From the NCBI GenBank assembly GCA_036271555.1, contig DATBAK010000015.1:1011-65010 (forward strand): 64,000 nucleotides of DNA. Direction: 5' to 3'. Under the pieces are notes generated by a model that was given only the letters and a program-made list of their open reading frames with translations, had not been told where the DNA came from and did not search any database. Positions 55,778 to 64,000 of the stretch are shown in pieces; the stretch's first letter is position 1; every line of letters starts with the position of its first letter. Position numbers and translations under genes: made by a program. The DNA comes from Acidimicrobiia bacterium (GTDB lineage: Bacteria > Actinomycetota > Acidimicrobiia > IMCC26256 > PALSA-610).

Positions 55778-56935
55778 TCACGACAGGTTCGCGATGTAGT
55801 GCGCGTGGTTCGCGAGCAACTCGGGTACCGAGTCGCCACCGAACTTGCGCAGCGCCTCGGACGCGAGCACGAGCGCGACCATCGTCTCTGCGACGACGCC
55901 CGCGGCGGGCACCGCGGTGACGTCGGTCCGCTCCTTGAACGAGACCGTCGCTTCCTTCGTCTCGACATCCACGGTCTTCAGCGTCGGTCGGTTCAACGTC
56001 GCGAGCGGCTTCATCGCGACCCGCGCGATCACCGGCGCGCCGGTCGTCATGCCGCCCTCGACCCCGCCCGCGCGATGCGACTCGCGCTGGTAGCCCTCGG
56101 CCTCGTTCCACGTGATCGCGTCGTGCGCTTCGCTGCCTCGACGTTGCGCGACTTCGAAGCCGTCGCCGATCTCGACCGCCTTCATCGCCTGGATGCTCAT
56201 CAGCGCGCCCGCGAGCAAGCCGTCGATGCGGCGGTCGTAGTGCACGTGCGAACCGAGCCCCGGCGGGACGCCGTAGCCGACGACCTCGACTACACCACCG
56301 AGCGAGTCGCCGTCGCGCGCCGCGGCCTTGATCGCGTCGATCATCGCGGCCTCGGTCGCGGGATCGAAGCACCGCACCTCGGACGCGTCGACCTGTTCGA
56401 GATCGCCCGGCTTCGGTCGCACGTCGGCCGCGACACGCACACCACCGAGCTCGACGACGTGTGACAGCACGTCGATGCCCATCTGCGTGAGCAGAAGCTT
56501 CGCGAGCGCACCCGCCGCGACGCGCGCCGCGGTCTCGCGCGCGCTGGCGCGCTCGAGCACGTCGCGCGCGTCGCGGAAGCCGTACTTCTGCATGCCCGCG
56601 AGATCGGCGTGGCCCGGGCGCGGCTGCGTCAACGGCTTCTCGGTCGCGCCGGGCGCGGCCGACATCTCGTCGTTCCACTTCCCCGTGGCCCACTCCGAGT
56701 TGTGGATCTCGATCGCGACCGGCGAGCCGAGCGTGCGGCCGTGACGGACACCGCCGAGGAACTCGAGCTCGTCGCGCTCGAAGCGCATGCGCGGGCCGCG
56801 GCCGTAGCCGAGGCGCCGGCGCGCGAGCTCGGCGCCGATGTCGTCGATGAGGACGGGGAGGCCCGCGGGCAGGCCCTCGACGATGACCACCAGGGCCGGC
56901 CCGTGGGATTCACCCGCGGTCAAAAAGCGGAGCAC
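55778..56935 (-). CDS. aroC: chorismate synthase
   Basis: [22 protein letters not shown] and GGVEGG. Confidence 0.97.
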   Translation of the reverse strand: MLRFLTAGESHGPALVVIVEGLPAGLPVLIDDIGAELARRRLGYGRGPRMRFERDELEFLGGVRHGRTLGSPVAIEIHNSEWATGKWNDEMSAAPGATEKPLTQPRPGHADLAGMQKYGFRDARDVLERASARETAARVAAGALAKLLLTQMGIDVLSHVVELGGVRVAADVRPKPGDLEQVDASEVRCFDPATEAAMIDAIKAAARDGDSLGGVVEVVGYGVPPGLGSHVHYDRRIDGLLAGALMSIQAMKAVEIGDGFEVAQRRGSEAHDAITWNEAEGYQRESHRAGGVEGGMTTGAPVIARVAMKPLATLNRPTLKTVDVETKEATVSFKERTDVTAVPAAGVVAETMVALVLASEALRKFGGDSVPELLANHAHYIANLS

Positions 56936-56969
56936 GAGGTTCCTCTGCGCCTGCGGTGGAGAGCCCAGC

Positions 56970-57596
56970 CTACTTGATGACTTCTTCGCCCTCGCAGAGC
57001 TTGAAGGGCGAGTCACCGAACAGGAATTGGCCGCACTGACCGCTCAGGCTGACGACGCGATAGCTCGTCGCGAAGACGGATCCGACGCCGACCGTGTACA
57101 CGGTCGAGCCGACCTGCACCTTGGCCTGGCTCGCGCCGCCGGCCGCGGGGAACACGTCGAGCAGCGCGACGGACGTGCCGGGCGAGGGGTTCACGCTCGG
57201 CGTCGTGGTGGTCGAGGTCGACGCGCCCGTCGGCGTGGTGCCACCGCCCGGTGTCGTCCCGGGCGTGGTGCCACCGCCCGGTGTCGTCGACGGCGTGGTC
57301 GAGGGCGTCGTGTCGGGCGGGGTCACGATGATCACGGGCTCGAACGGATTCTTCGTCGCGAACACGTCGAACGTCGCGGGCGGGCTCGTCGATCGCGACG
57401 CCTCGCTCGTCGGCGTCGTCTCGTCGGTGGAGCCGGTCAACCCGGTTCCCGGCTGTTCGGTCCGCGTCGACGACGCATTGTTCGAGCTGCCACCGCCGCC
57501 GTTGAACACGGTGAACTTCAACAGCGCACCGACAACGAGCACTCCTGCGATCGACAACAGCACGATCAGTCGGCGCCGTTCTCCGGTGTTCATCAC
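56970..57596 (-). CDS. membrane-anchored Thr/Pro-rich protein in the pilP position
   Basis: One TM helix, KNPFEP motif, low-complexity linker and a small C-terminal beta domain; coupled to pilO. Confidence 0.6.
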   Translation of the reverse strand: MMNTGERRRLIVLLSIAGVLVVGALLKFTVFNGGGGSSNNASSTRTEQPGTGLTGSTDETTPTSEASRSTSPPATFDVFATKNPFEPVIIVTPPDTTPSTTPSTTPGGGTTPGTTPGGGTTPTGASTSTTTTPSVNPSPGTSVALLDVFPAAGGASQAKVQVGSTVYTVGVGSVFATSYRVVSLSGQCGQFLFGDSPFKLCEGEEVIK

Positions 57597-58246
57597 TGCA
57601 CCTGCGCAGTCGTCGAGGTCTCGCCGCTCGAGCTGCCGCTCGCCGGTGGCGTCGAAGGACTCACTGTCGAACCGGTCGGCGTCGAACCCGCGGGCGCGGG
57701 CGGCGCCGCGCGCGTGAACATGCGCGCCGTGAGCGTGACCGAGAGCACGGGCGGCCCCGACGCGGTGGCGGTCGCCGTCGACGAGATGCTGATGCCGTCG
57801 ACGACGACGAGGCGCCCCATGTCCTCGAGCCGGTTGAGGTAGTCGAGCACCTGGAAGAAGCCGCCCTTGATCTGGATGCTCAGCGGGATGACCGAGACGT
57901 CGCTCGTCGTGCCCGCCTGCGCGACCGATGGCGACACCGACAGCCAGTCGATGCCCGACGTGTCGGCGATCTGGTTCGCCGAGAGGATGAAGCCGTCGAG
58001 GTCGGGCGACGCGGGCACGGCCGCGCTGAGCTTGTCGAGCTCCGCGGCGATCGCAGGCCCGTTGCGGCTGATGTCCTGCAGCCGCGTGAGCGTCGCCTGC
58101 AACGACGCGCCGAGCTGCTGTGCCGTCTGCGTGTCCGCCTTCGCGTGCTTCAGCGATCGGCCCTTCGGCGCGAAGATCAGCAGGTTCCAGATCATCGCGA
58201 CGACGATCGTGGCGAGCACTCCGAGGATGACCGCGCGCGACTTCAT
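57593..58246 (-). CDS. pilO: type IV pilus assembly protein PilO
   Basis: N-terminal TM, coiled coil and GGFFQVLDYLNRLE..RLVVV. Confidence 0.8.
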   Translation of the reverse strand: MKSRAVILGVLATIVVAMIWNLLIFAPKGRSLKHAKADTQTAQQLGASLQATLTRLQDISRNGPAIAAELDKLSAAVPASPDLDGFILSANQIADTSGIDWLSVSPSVAQAGTTSDVSVIPLSIQIKGGFFQVLDYLNRLEDMGRLVVVDGISISSTATATASGPPVLSVTLTARMFTRAAPPAPAGSTPTGSTVSPSTPPASGSSSGETSTTAQVQ

Positions 58247-59997
58247 CGCTTCGTGTCCTCGGTGTAGTGCTCGAGCCGGTTCGAGCGCGCCGACGGCGTG
58301 AGGTTCGCGGTCGACGAGAAGTTCACGACGTTCTGGTCACCGAGCTTCGCCTCGCTGATGTTCGGCACCCAGAGGTCCGACAGCGACGGCAGCTCCGAGA
58401 TCATCTTGAGCCACGCCGCGACCGCGGGGTAGTCGGTGCCGACCGCGCTGAAGTTCACGGTGCCGCTGAGATCGCTCGCCGTCACCGCAGGAGCCGTCGT
58501 CGGGGTCGTGACCGGACGGCCTGACCCCGTCGTCGTCGACGACGCGGTCGCGGGCGGAGTCGACGGCGTCACGGCCGTCGCCGGCGTCACCGTGCCCTGG
58601 AAGCTGGTGAGCCACACGTCGTTCGGGATCGTGCGCGCGATGTCCTGCAGCATCCGGCTCCACGACACGTCGGTCGACAGCAGTCCGGTGATCTGCGCCT
58701 GCAGCGCGTCGAGCTGCGACTGCTTCGCCTGCGCGTCGGCGAGCTGACCGATCTTGGTCTGCAGCTCGAGATTGTGCGCTTGCTGCTCGGCGAGCAGATG
58801 GTGCTCGTGCGAGATCGAGTGCTGACGCGCGATCGTCGGGATCGCGAGCAGCACGACGAGGCCCGCGAGCCCCGCGGCGGTCATCGCGACGGCGCGCGTG
58901 CGCGCGTTCGTTCCCCGCGTGCCGTGCGGCAGCAGGTCGATCGCGGCGCCGGTCGGACCCGCGGGCAGGGCGAGACCGACGGCGACCGGAAGGTACGGGT
59001 CGAGGCGAGGCAGCTCGGCTTCGTCGAAGCCGATGTCGCCGACGGTGAGCTGCGCGCGCGGTTCGGCCATCTGCACCGGCAGGCCGACGAGCGTCGAGAG
59101 GCGGTCGACGAGGCCGGGCAGCAGCGCGCCACCGCCGGTCGTGACGACGCGCAGCAGCCGCGCGGCACCGGGCTGGTTGCGGTAGTAGTCGAGCGACGAG
59201 CGCACCTCGTCGAGCACGGCGGCGAGCGGGCGCTCGAGCGCGAGGCGGGCGCGCGCGACGACGTCGTCGGACACGTTGCCGACCTGGCGCTTGACCGACT
59301 CCGCCGTCTCGAACGGCAGCTCGAGACCGGCCGAGACCGCGTCGGTCAGCTCGCGACCACCGCTGCCGAGCACGCGCACGAAGCGCGGGATGCCGTTCTC
59401 GTGCACGACGACGCACGTGACGCCACCGCCGAACGAGACGATGCCCTCGGCTCCGGAACCGTTGTCACTGACCGCGTGACCGAGCGCGCGAATGAGCGCG
59501 AGCGGAACCAGGTCGACCGACTCGACTCCGAGGCCCGCGCCCTCGACCGCATCGACGAGTCGCGTGACGGTGGCCGAGTGCGCGGCCGCGAGCAGCACCT
59601 GCATCACGGACTCGCCGGCGTCGTTCTCGACGGTCCCGAGGATCGCGAAGTCGATGACGGCCTCGTCGAGCGGGATCGGGATGAGCTCTTGAGCCTGGAA
59701 GCGCAGCGCGCCCGCGAGCTCCTCGCGGGTCATCACCGGCATCTCGACCTGGCGCACGATGAGGCGCGGGCTCGCGAGGCCGACGCGCACGCGGGCGCGG
59801 CGCAGGCCGAGCTCGGTGCGCAGCCGCGCGATCGCGGAGGTGACGCCTTCGGGGTCGACGATCTCGCCTTCGCGCATGACGTCGCGAGCGAGCGCGACCT
59901 GACCGAACGCGACGAGGCGCGGCGGTGTCCCCGGCACGACCTCGGCGACCGTGACCGCGTTGGTGCCGACGTCGAGGCCGATCACGCCGCGGGCCAC
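58243..59997 (-). CDS. pilM: type IV pilus assembly PilM-PilN fusion protein
   Basis: Actin-like IGLDVG, QELIPIPLDE, SLDYY, TGGGA and AVGLAL, then IDLLP, a TM helix, coiled coil and the PilN motif IPNDVWLTSF. Confidence 0.85.
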   Translation of the reverse strand: MARGVIGLDVGTNAVTVAEVVPGTPPRLVAFGQVALARDVMREGEIVDPEGVTSAIARLRTELGLRRARVRVGLASPRLIVRQVEMPVMTREELAGALRFQAQELIPIPLDEAVIDFAILGTVENDAGESVMQVLLAAAHSATVTRLVDAVEGAGLGVESVDLVPLALIRALGHAVSDNGSGAEGIVSFGGGVTCVVVHENGIPRFVRVLGSGGRELTDAVSAGLELPFETAESVKRQVGNVSDDVVARARLALERPLAAVLDEVRSSLDYYRNQPGAARLLRVVTTGGGALLPGLVDRLSTLVGLPVQMAEPRAQLTVGDIGFDEAELPRLDPYLPVAVGLALPAGPTGAAIDLLPHGTRGTNARTRAVAMTAAGLAGLVVLLAIPTIARQHSISHEHHLLAEQQAHNLELQTKIGQLADAQAKQSQLDALQAQITGLLSTDVSWSRMLQDIARTIPNDVWLTSFQGTVTPATAVTPSTPPATASSTTTGSGRPVTTPTTAPAVTASDLSGTVNFSAVGTDYPAVAAWLKMISELPSLSDLWVPNISEAKLGDQNVVNFSSTANLTPSARSNRLEHYTEDTKR

Positions 59998-60185
59998 GAG
60001 TCACCTCCCCGCACGGTCTGCGAGTCGAGGTAGGCGTTCAACTCGTGCTCGCGGATGCGGAAGTGCTTGCCGACTCGGATCGCGGGCAGATCACCGGCTC
60101 GGATGAGTCGGTACACGGTCATGTTCGACACCCGCATGGTGTCGGCGACCTCACGAACCGTCAGCAGGCGATGCTCACCAACCAC
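59982..60185 (-). CDS. excisionase/BldC-like helix-turn-helix DNA-binding protein; start uncertain
   Basis: LLTVREVADTMRVSNMTVYRLIRAGDLPAIRVG. Confidence 0.88.
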   Translation of the reverse strand: MVGEHRLLTVREVADTMRVSNMTVYRLIRAGDLPAIRVGKHFRIREHELNAYLDSQTVRGGDSWPAA

Positions 60186-60402
60186 GTAGCCCTCACGTGT
60201 CACATCAGTCACAGTAAGTCTCAAAAATCACGATCGTCAATCAGAGCCTCACCTTGAGACATTGTGCTCTTTAGACCTCAACTTCACCGTGAGTGAATGA
60301 CACGCGTGTGCTTTCCTTGCGCCGCAACGGGGTCGTCGCAATGCCCACGCGACCGACCGCGCGAGTAGGAGATCCGCGTTTTTTGGAGACGAGCGCTCGT
60401 CT

Positions 60403-60490
60403 CGTTCCCACCGGAGCGGGCGGGTCGCGGAGCGGCCCGTCCGACGTGGTCACTGAGGCGTCCGGAGGGCGAAGCTTGCGAGCCCGACCA
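60403..60490 (-). repeat. REP-like repeat, family A (tail A1)
   Basis: TGGTCGGGCTCGCAAGCTTCGCCCTCCGGACGCCTCAG..TCGGACGGGCCGC..GACCCGCCCG. Confidence 0.88.
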
Positions 60491-60496
60491 GAGAGC

Positions 60497-61279
60497 TCAG
60501 GCTCGGCCGAAGCCTCGGTACCAGTCGATGATCGGGCCGCCGACGAGCACGATCGTGAGCGCCCCGGCCGCGAGGAACGGGCCGAACGGGATGTGCTGCT
60601 TGCGGTTCTGACGGCCGAGCGCCATGAGCACGAGTCCGATCACGGCGCCGTAGAGGAAGCCGAGGAAGAGGCCCACCGGCACATCGATCGCGCCCAGATA
60701 GCCGAGGTACAGGCCGAGCAGGAACGACAGCCGTACGTCACCGAAGCCCATGCCGCGCGGCGACGCGATGTGGATGACGAACAGCGCGGCGAACGCGCCG
60801 CACGCGCCGATGAGCGCGCGCGCGAACCACCACCAATGTCCGTCGCCGCCCGCGCCGAGCGCGAGCAGCGGCACGGCCATGAAGCCGACGGGATACACGA
60901 TGCGGTTCGGGATGATGTAGTGCTCGAGATCGATGAGCGAGATCGCGAGCAGCGCGCCGCCGAGCACGAGGAACGCGGGCAACGCCCACGAATGCGCGAA
61001 GCGCGCCCCGATCGCGACGAACAACCCGCCGCACGCGAGCTCGACGAGCGGATAGCGGATCGAGATGCGCGTCCGGCAATGACGGCAGCGTCCGCGCAAC
61101 ACGATCCACGAGACGACCGGGATGTTGTCGAGCGGCGCGATCTCCGTGCCGCAGCCGGGGCAGTGCGACGGCGGCGCCACGACTGATTCCTTGCGCGGGA
61201 TCCGCCAGATCACGACGTTCAGGAACGAGCCGATCAGAAGGCCGAACAGCCCGCAGATGGCCGCGATCAGCCCGGTCAC
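60497..61279 (-). CDS. pilD: prepilin peptidase (A24A)
   Basis: GSFLNVVIWR, two CxxC pairs, IDLEH, MGFGD and IPFGPFL. Confidence 0.95.
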   Translation of the reverse strand: MTGLIAAICGLFGLLIGSFLNVVIWRIPRKESVVAPPSHCPGCGTEIAPLDNIPVVSWIVLRGRCRHCRTRISIRYPLVELACGGLFVAIGARFAHSWALPAFLVLGGALLAISLIDLEHYIIPNRIVYPVGFMAVPLLALGAGGDGHWWWFARALIGACGAFAALFVIHIASPRGMGFGDVRLSFLLGLYLGYLGAIDVPVGLFLGFLYGAVIGLVLMALGRQNRKQHIPFGPFLAAGALTIVLVGGPIIDWYRGFGRA

Positions 61280-61301
61280 GCCGCGGAGGGTAGAGGTGGC
61301 C

Positions 61302-63038
61302 TCAGCTGCGGACGTGGATGGTGGCGCTCGCGTCGACCTCGTCGATCTGCGTCACCAACGCCTTGATCTGGAGCTGCCACGTGCCGCTGAACGGGATCGT
61401 GAGTGCGTTCGACGTGTAGTGGCCGGGTCCGAGCTTGATGAGCTTCACCGCGATCGGCGCGACGTTCTTCTCGGGGTTGCTCAACGTGAGGTTCAGCTGG
61501 AGCACGTTGTCGAGGAGCCCGCTCTCCTTCGTCGCGGTGACGTGCAGATCGTTCGGTCCGCTGCGCGCGGGCACGAGCAACACCTCGAAGTTGATGCCCT
61601 GCGCCTCGATCGTCTGCGAGAAGGGCGCGTTGATCGCGGTGCGCGCCGGCGCCGCGTCGACGAGGAGCGCGGTCGTCGCGAGCACGGCGACGAGGAACAC
61701 GACCTCGATCGCAACGCTGATGCGCAGCCGGCGGGCGACCCCGGCCCGATCGTCGTCGACCGCGAGCGCGGCACCCGGTCCGACCGGCAGCGGCGCACGG
61801 ACCTCCGCGTCCGGCGTGTCGTCGTCGTCATCGTCGTCGTCGCCGCCGAGCCGGTTGCGAACGGTGTCGCGGCTCGTCGCCGCGACGATCACGACCACTG
61901 CGACGAGCGCGATCTTCACGAGCAGCAACCGTCCGTACGTCGTGCTCTTGAGCGCGCCGAACGAGCCGACCTGACGCCAGCCCTGGTACACGCCGGTGCC
62001 CGTGAGCACGACGACCGCGCCGAGCGCGAGCGCCGAGAAGCGCGACACCGCGGGTTCGAGCTCGGACGGATCGTCCGGCCGCAACACCGCGACCATCATC
62101 ACGATGAGCCCGCCGAACCACAGCGTGAACGCGGTGACGTGCGCGAGGTCGGTCACGATCGCGAGCGGGATCTGGAAGCCGCTGCGCGCGTGACCGGCGA
62201 GGGTGAACGTCGCGATGAGTGCGAGCCCTGCGACCCCGCCGACTGCGAGCTGCAGCGCGTCGTTCTTCGCACGCTTCAGGAACGGCCACCCGACGAGCGC
62301 GACGACGATGAGCACGACGACGCGCAGTGCGAGCATGCGTCCGACGTGCGTGTCGACGTAATCGTGCACGACCGACCACTTGAACGAGTCCGCGAACTTC
62401 AGTGCCGCGGTGTAGCTCGACGCGATGAGCACGGTCGCGATCGAGCCGACGAACGCGACGACCCACGAGCCGCGGATCAGCCGCAGCGTCGTGCGCGACC
62501 GGCGTCCGTTGGGCCAGCACAGCACGAGGAACGCGAAGCCGCCGAGCATGATGGCGACCGAGACGAACTCGACGAACCGCAGCACGCCGTAGGTGATGCC
62601 GACGGGCTTGCTCCCCGCCTGCTTCGCGAGCAGCGAGTTCGCGAGCTGCGTCGCGGTCTGCCCCACGGCGGTTGCGCGGCCGACCGAGAACGTGAACGCG
62701 TTCTGGACCGGGTGACCGTCGGCGGAGATCACGCGCCACGTCACGACGTACGTGCCGTCCTTCAACCCCGGCACGCCGACCGATACCTCTTTCCCGCCGT
62801 TCGACTGCGACGGCTTGGCGGTGTCGATGCGGTTGCCCTTGGAGTCGAGCAGTCGGATGCCGCCCAACCCGACCTGCACGTTCTCGTCGAACAGGAGCGT
62901 GACGACCTTCGGCCCGCTCGGATACGTCTGCCCCGCCGCGGGCGAGGTCTGGAGCAGCACCGCGTGCGCGCCGGCGGGGGCCGCCAGGATCAGGACGGCG
63001 ATCACCGCGGTCACGACAGCGAGCAGCGTCCGTCGCAC
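61302..63038 (-). CDS. copper resistance/uptake CopC-CopD fusion with a C-terminal Ig-like (YtkA/FixH-like) domain
   Basis: Signal peptide ending AGA/H, WRVISADGH, AGHA, HV....WFGG and YGRLLLVK. Confidence 0.9.
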   Translation of the reverse strand: MRRTLLAVVTAVIAVLILAAPAGAHAVLLQTSPAAGQTYPSGPKVVTLLFDENVQVGLGGIRLLDSKGNRIDTAKPSQSNGGKEVSVGVPGLKDGTYVVTWRVISADGHPVQNAFTFSVGRATAVGQTATQLANSLLAKQAGSKPVGITYGVLRFVEFVSVAIMLGGFAFLVLCWPNGRRSRTTLRLIRGSWVVAFVGSIATVLIASSYTAALKFADSFKWSVVHDYVDTHVGRMLALRVVVLIVVALVGWPFLKRAKNDALQLAVGGVAGLALIATFTLAGHARSGFQIPLAIVTDLAHVTAFTLWFGGLIVMMVAVLRPDDPSELEPAVSRFSALALGAVVVLTGTGVYQGWRQVGSFGALKSTTYGRLLLVKIALVAVVVIVAATSRDTVRNRLGGDDDDDDDDTPDAEVRAPLPVGPGAALAVDDDRAGVARRLRISVAIEVVFLVAVLATTALLVDAAPARTAINAPFSQTIEAQGINFEVLLVPARSGPNDLHVTATKESGLLDNVLQLNLTLSNPEKNVAPIAVKLIKLGPGHYTSNALTIPFSGTWQLQIKALVTQIDEVDASATIHVRS

Positions 63039-63128
63039 GGCACGAAGCTAGTCCGCACCTCCTGTCCACTCGTCGGCACCGCCCGCCTTGACCCGGGACC
63101 GCCGGGGCGCGGGTGCCACGATGGACCG

Positions 63129-64000
63129 GTGATCGGCCGGCGCGTCCGCAGCCTCCTCCGGCCGCTGCTCGCGCTGCTCCTCGCGGCGGGGTTCGCGGCG
63201 GGGTTCGTCGTGGTCGGCGCCGCGCCCGCGGGCGCGCACGGGCTCACCGGCGCGCAACCGAGCAACTACGCGTCGCGGGTGCTGTCGGTGTCGCCGCGCG
63301 TCGCCGGGCTCACCGTGCGGATCCGCGACCTCGGTGCGCGCGTCGAGGTCCGCAACGACACCGCGTCCGAGGTGACGGTCCTCGGCTACTCGGGCGAGCC
63401 CTATCTGCGCATCGGGCCCGCCGGCGTGTTCGAGAACACGCGGTCCCCCGCCGTGTTCCTCGACCGCGCGACCACGGTCACCCAGGCCGTCCCCCGCTCC
63501 TACGACGCCACCGCGACCCCGGTGTGGAAGCGCGTCGACGGCGCGCACGTCGCGCGCTGGCACGACCATCGCGTGCACTGGATGGGCTCGTCGGAGCCGC
63601 CGGCCGTGTCGTCCTCCCCCGGTCGCACCCACCTGATCTCGGACTGGATGATCACCCTGCGCTACCGGGGGGAACCGGTCGTCGTGCGCGGCGACCTGCG
63701 CTGGGTACCCGGCCCGTCCGCACTCCCCCGGCTCGGCCTCGCCCTGGTCGTCGCGATCGCGATCGTCGCGCTCGGGCTGACCCGGCGATGGGGCGACGTC
63801 GCCGCGATCGCGCTCGTCGCCACGGCCGCGCTCGTGCTCGTGCTCGTCGCCGGCGAATGGTCGTCGACGAGTGGCGGCGCGTGGGTCGCGTTCCTCTCGA
63901 CCGTCTACTCGATCCTCGGTGCCGCGATCGCGCTCGCGGCCGCAGGCTCGATGCTGCGCTCGCGGCACACGCCCGACGCCGCGACACCGATCGTGCTCGT
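63129..64000 (+). CDS. secreted/membrane hypothetical protein, divergent from copCD; runs off the window end
   Basis: Read by hand (absent from the track): signal peptide ending AGA/HG, PSNYASRV, GYSGEPYLRI, WHDHRVHWM, then TM helices. Confidence 0.75.
   Translation, partial: MIGRRVRSLLRPLLALLLAAGFAAGFVVVGAAPAGAHGLTGAQPSNYASRVLSVSPRVAGLTVRIRDLGARVEVRNDTASEVTVLGYSGEPYLRIGPAGVFENTRSPAVFLDRATTVTQAVPRSYDATATPVWKRVDGAHVARWHDHRVHWMGSSEPPAVSSSPGRTHLISDWMITLRYRGEPVVVRGDLRWVPGPSALPRLGLALVVAIAIVALGLTRRWGDVAAIALVATAALVLVLVAGEWSSTSGGAWVAFLSTVYSILGAAIALAAAGSMLRSRHTPDAATPIVL

Noticed and set aside
57232..57310. 27-bp direct repeat
   Set aside because: It encodes the TTPGGGTTP low-complexity linker of a protein; ordinary coding repeat.
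59982..60224. Excisionase-like gene as evidence of a prophage or ICE
   Set aside because: No integrase, att-like repeat or phage genes; the gene is embedded in the pil operon and better read as a regulator.
60379..60403. Perfect palindrome GAGACGAGCGCTCGTCTC next to a T6 tract, as a terminator
   Set aside because: The T-tract precedes the hairpin on the plus strand and reads as A6 after it on the minus strand, so the geometry is wrong in both directions.

Overview
High-GC actinobacterial chromosome segment; gene order and content resemble Acidimicrobiia (inference). It is almost entirely core housekeeping genes on the minus strand. In transcription order: copCD, pilD, an HTH regulator, a pilM-pilN fusion, pilO, aroCKBQ, pepQ, efp, nusB, clpS, a MoxR/DUF58/transglutaminase triad, pyrRBC-carAB-pyrDF, mihF, gmk, rpoZ, coaBC, metK, priA, an ECF sigma pair, def, fmt, rsmB, rpe, mog, ribD, ribA, hisG, infC-rpmI-rplT, pheST, argCJBDFRGH, mpg and tyrS. 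A PBP and a few small genes lie on the plus strand. I saw no tRNA, rRNA, CRISPR array, transposase or prophage. The unusual signal is in the intergenic DNA. (1) At nine co-directional junctions the gap is exactly filled by tiny 'relay' ORFs (10 in total, 3-69 codons); each starts overlapping the upstream stop and stops overlapping the downstream start, so translational coupling could pass across the gap. (2) About 13 copies of REP-like palindromic repeats, in three families sharing a (TG)GTCGNGCTCGC end, occupy many of these gaps; one is read in frame into RibD. (3) A separate hairpin element with a compensatory base pair supplies the last codons and stop of two unrelated genes. Also seen: a rib cluster reduced to ribD-ribA, pyrD without pyrK, a PyrR-binding loop, a probable CTG start for infC and many leaderless-type promoters. 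Product calls rest on recognised motifs and synteny, not on database searches.
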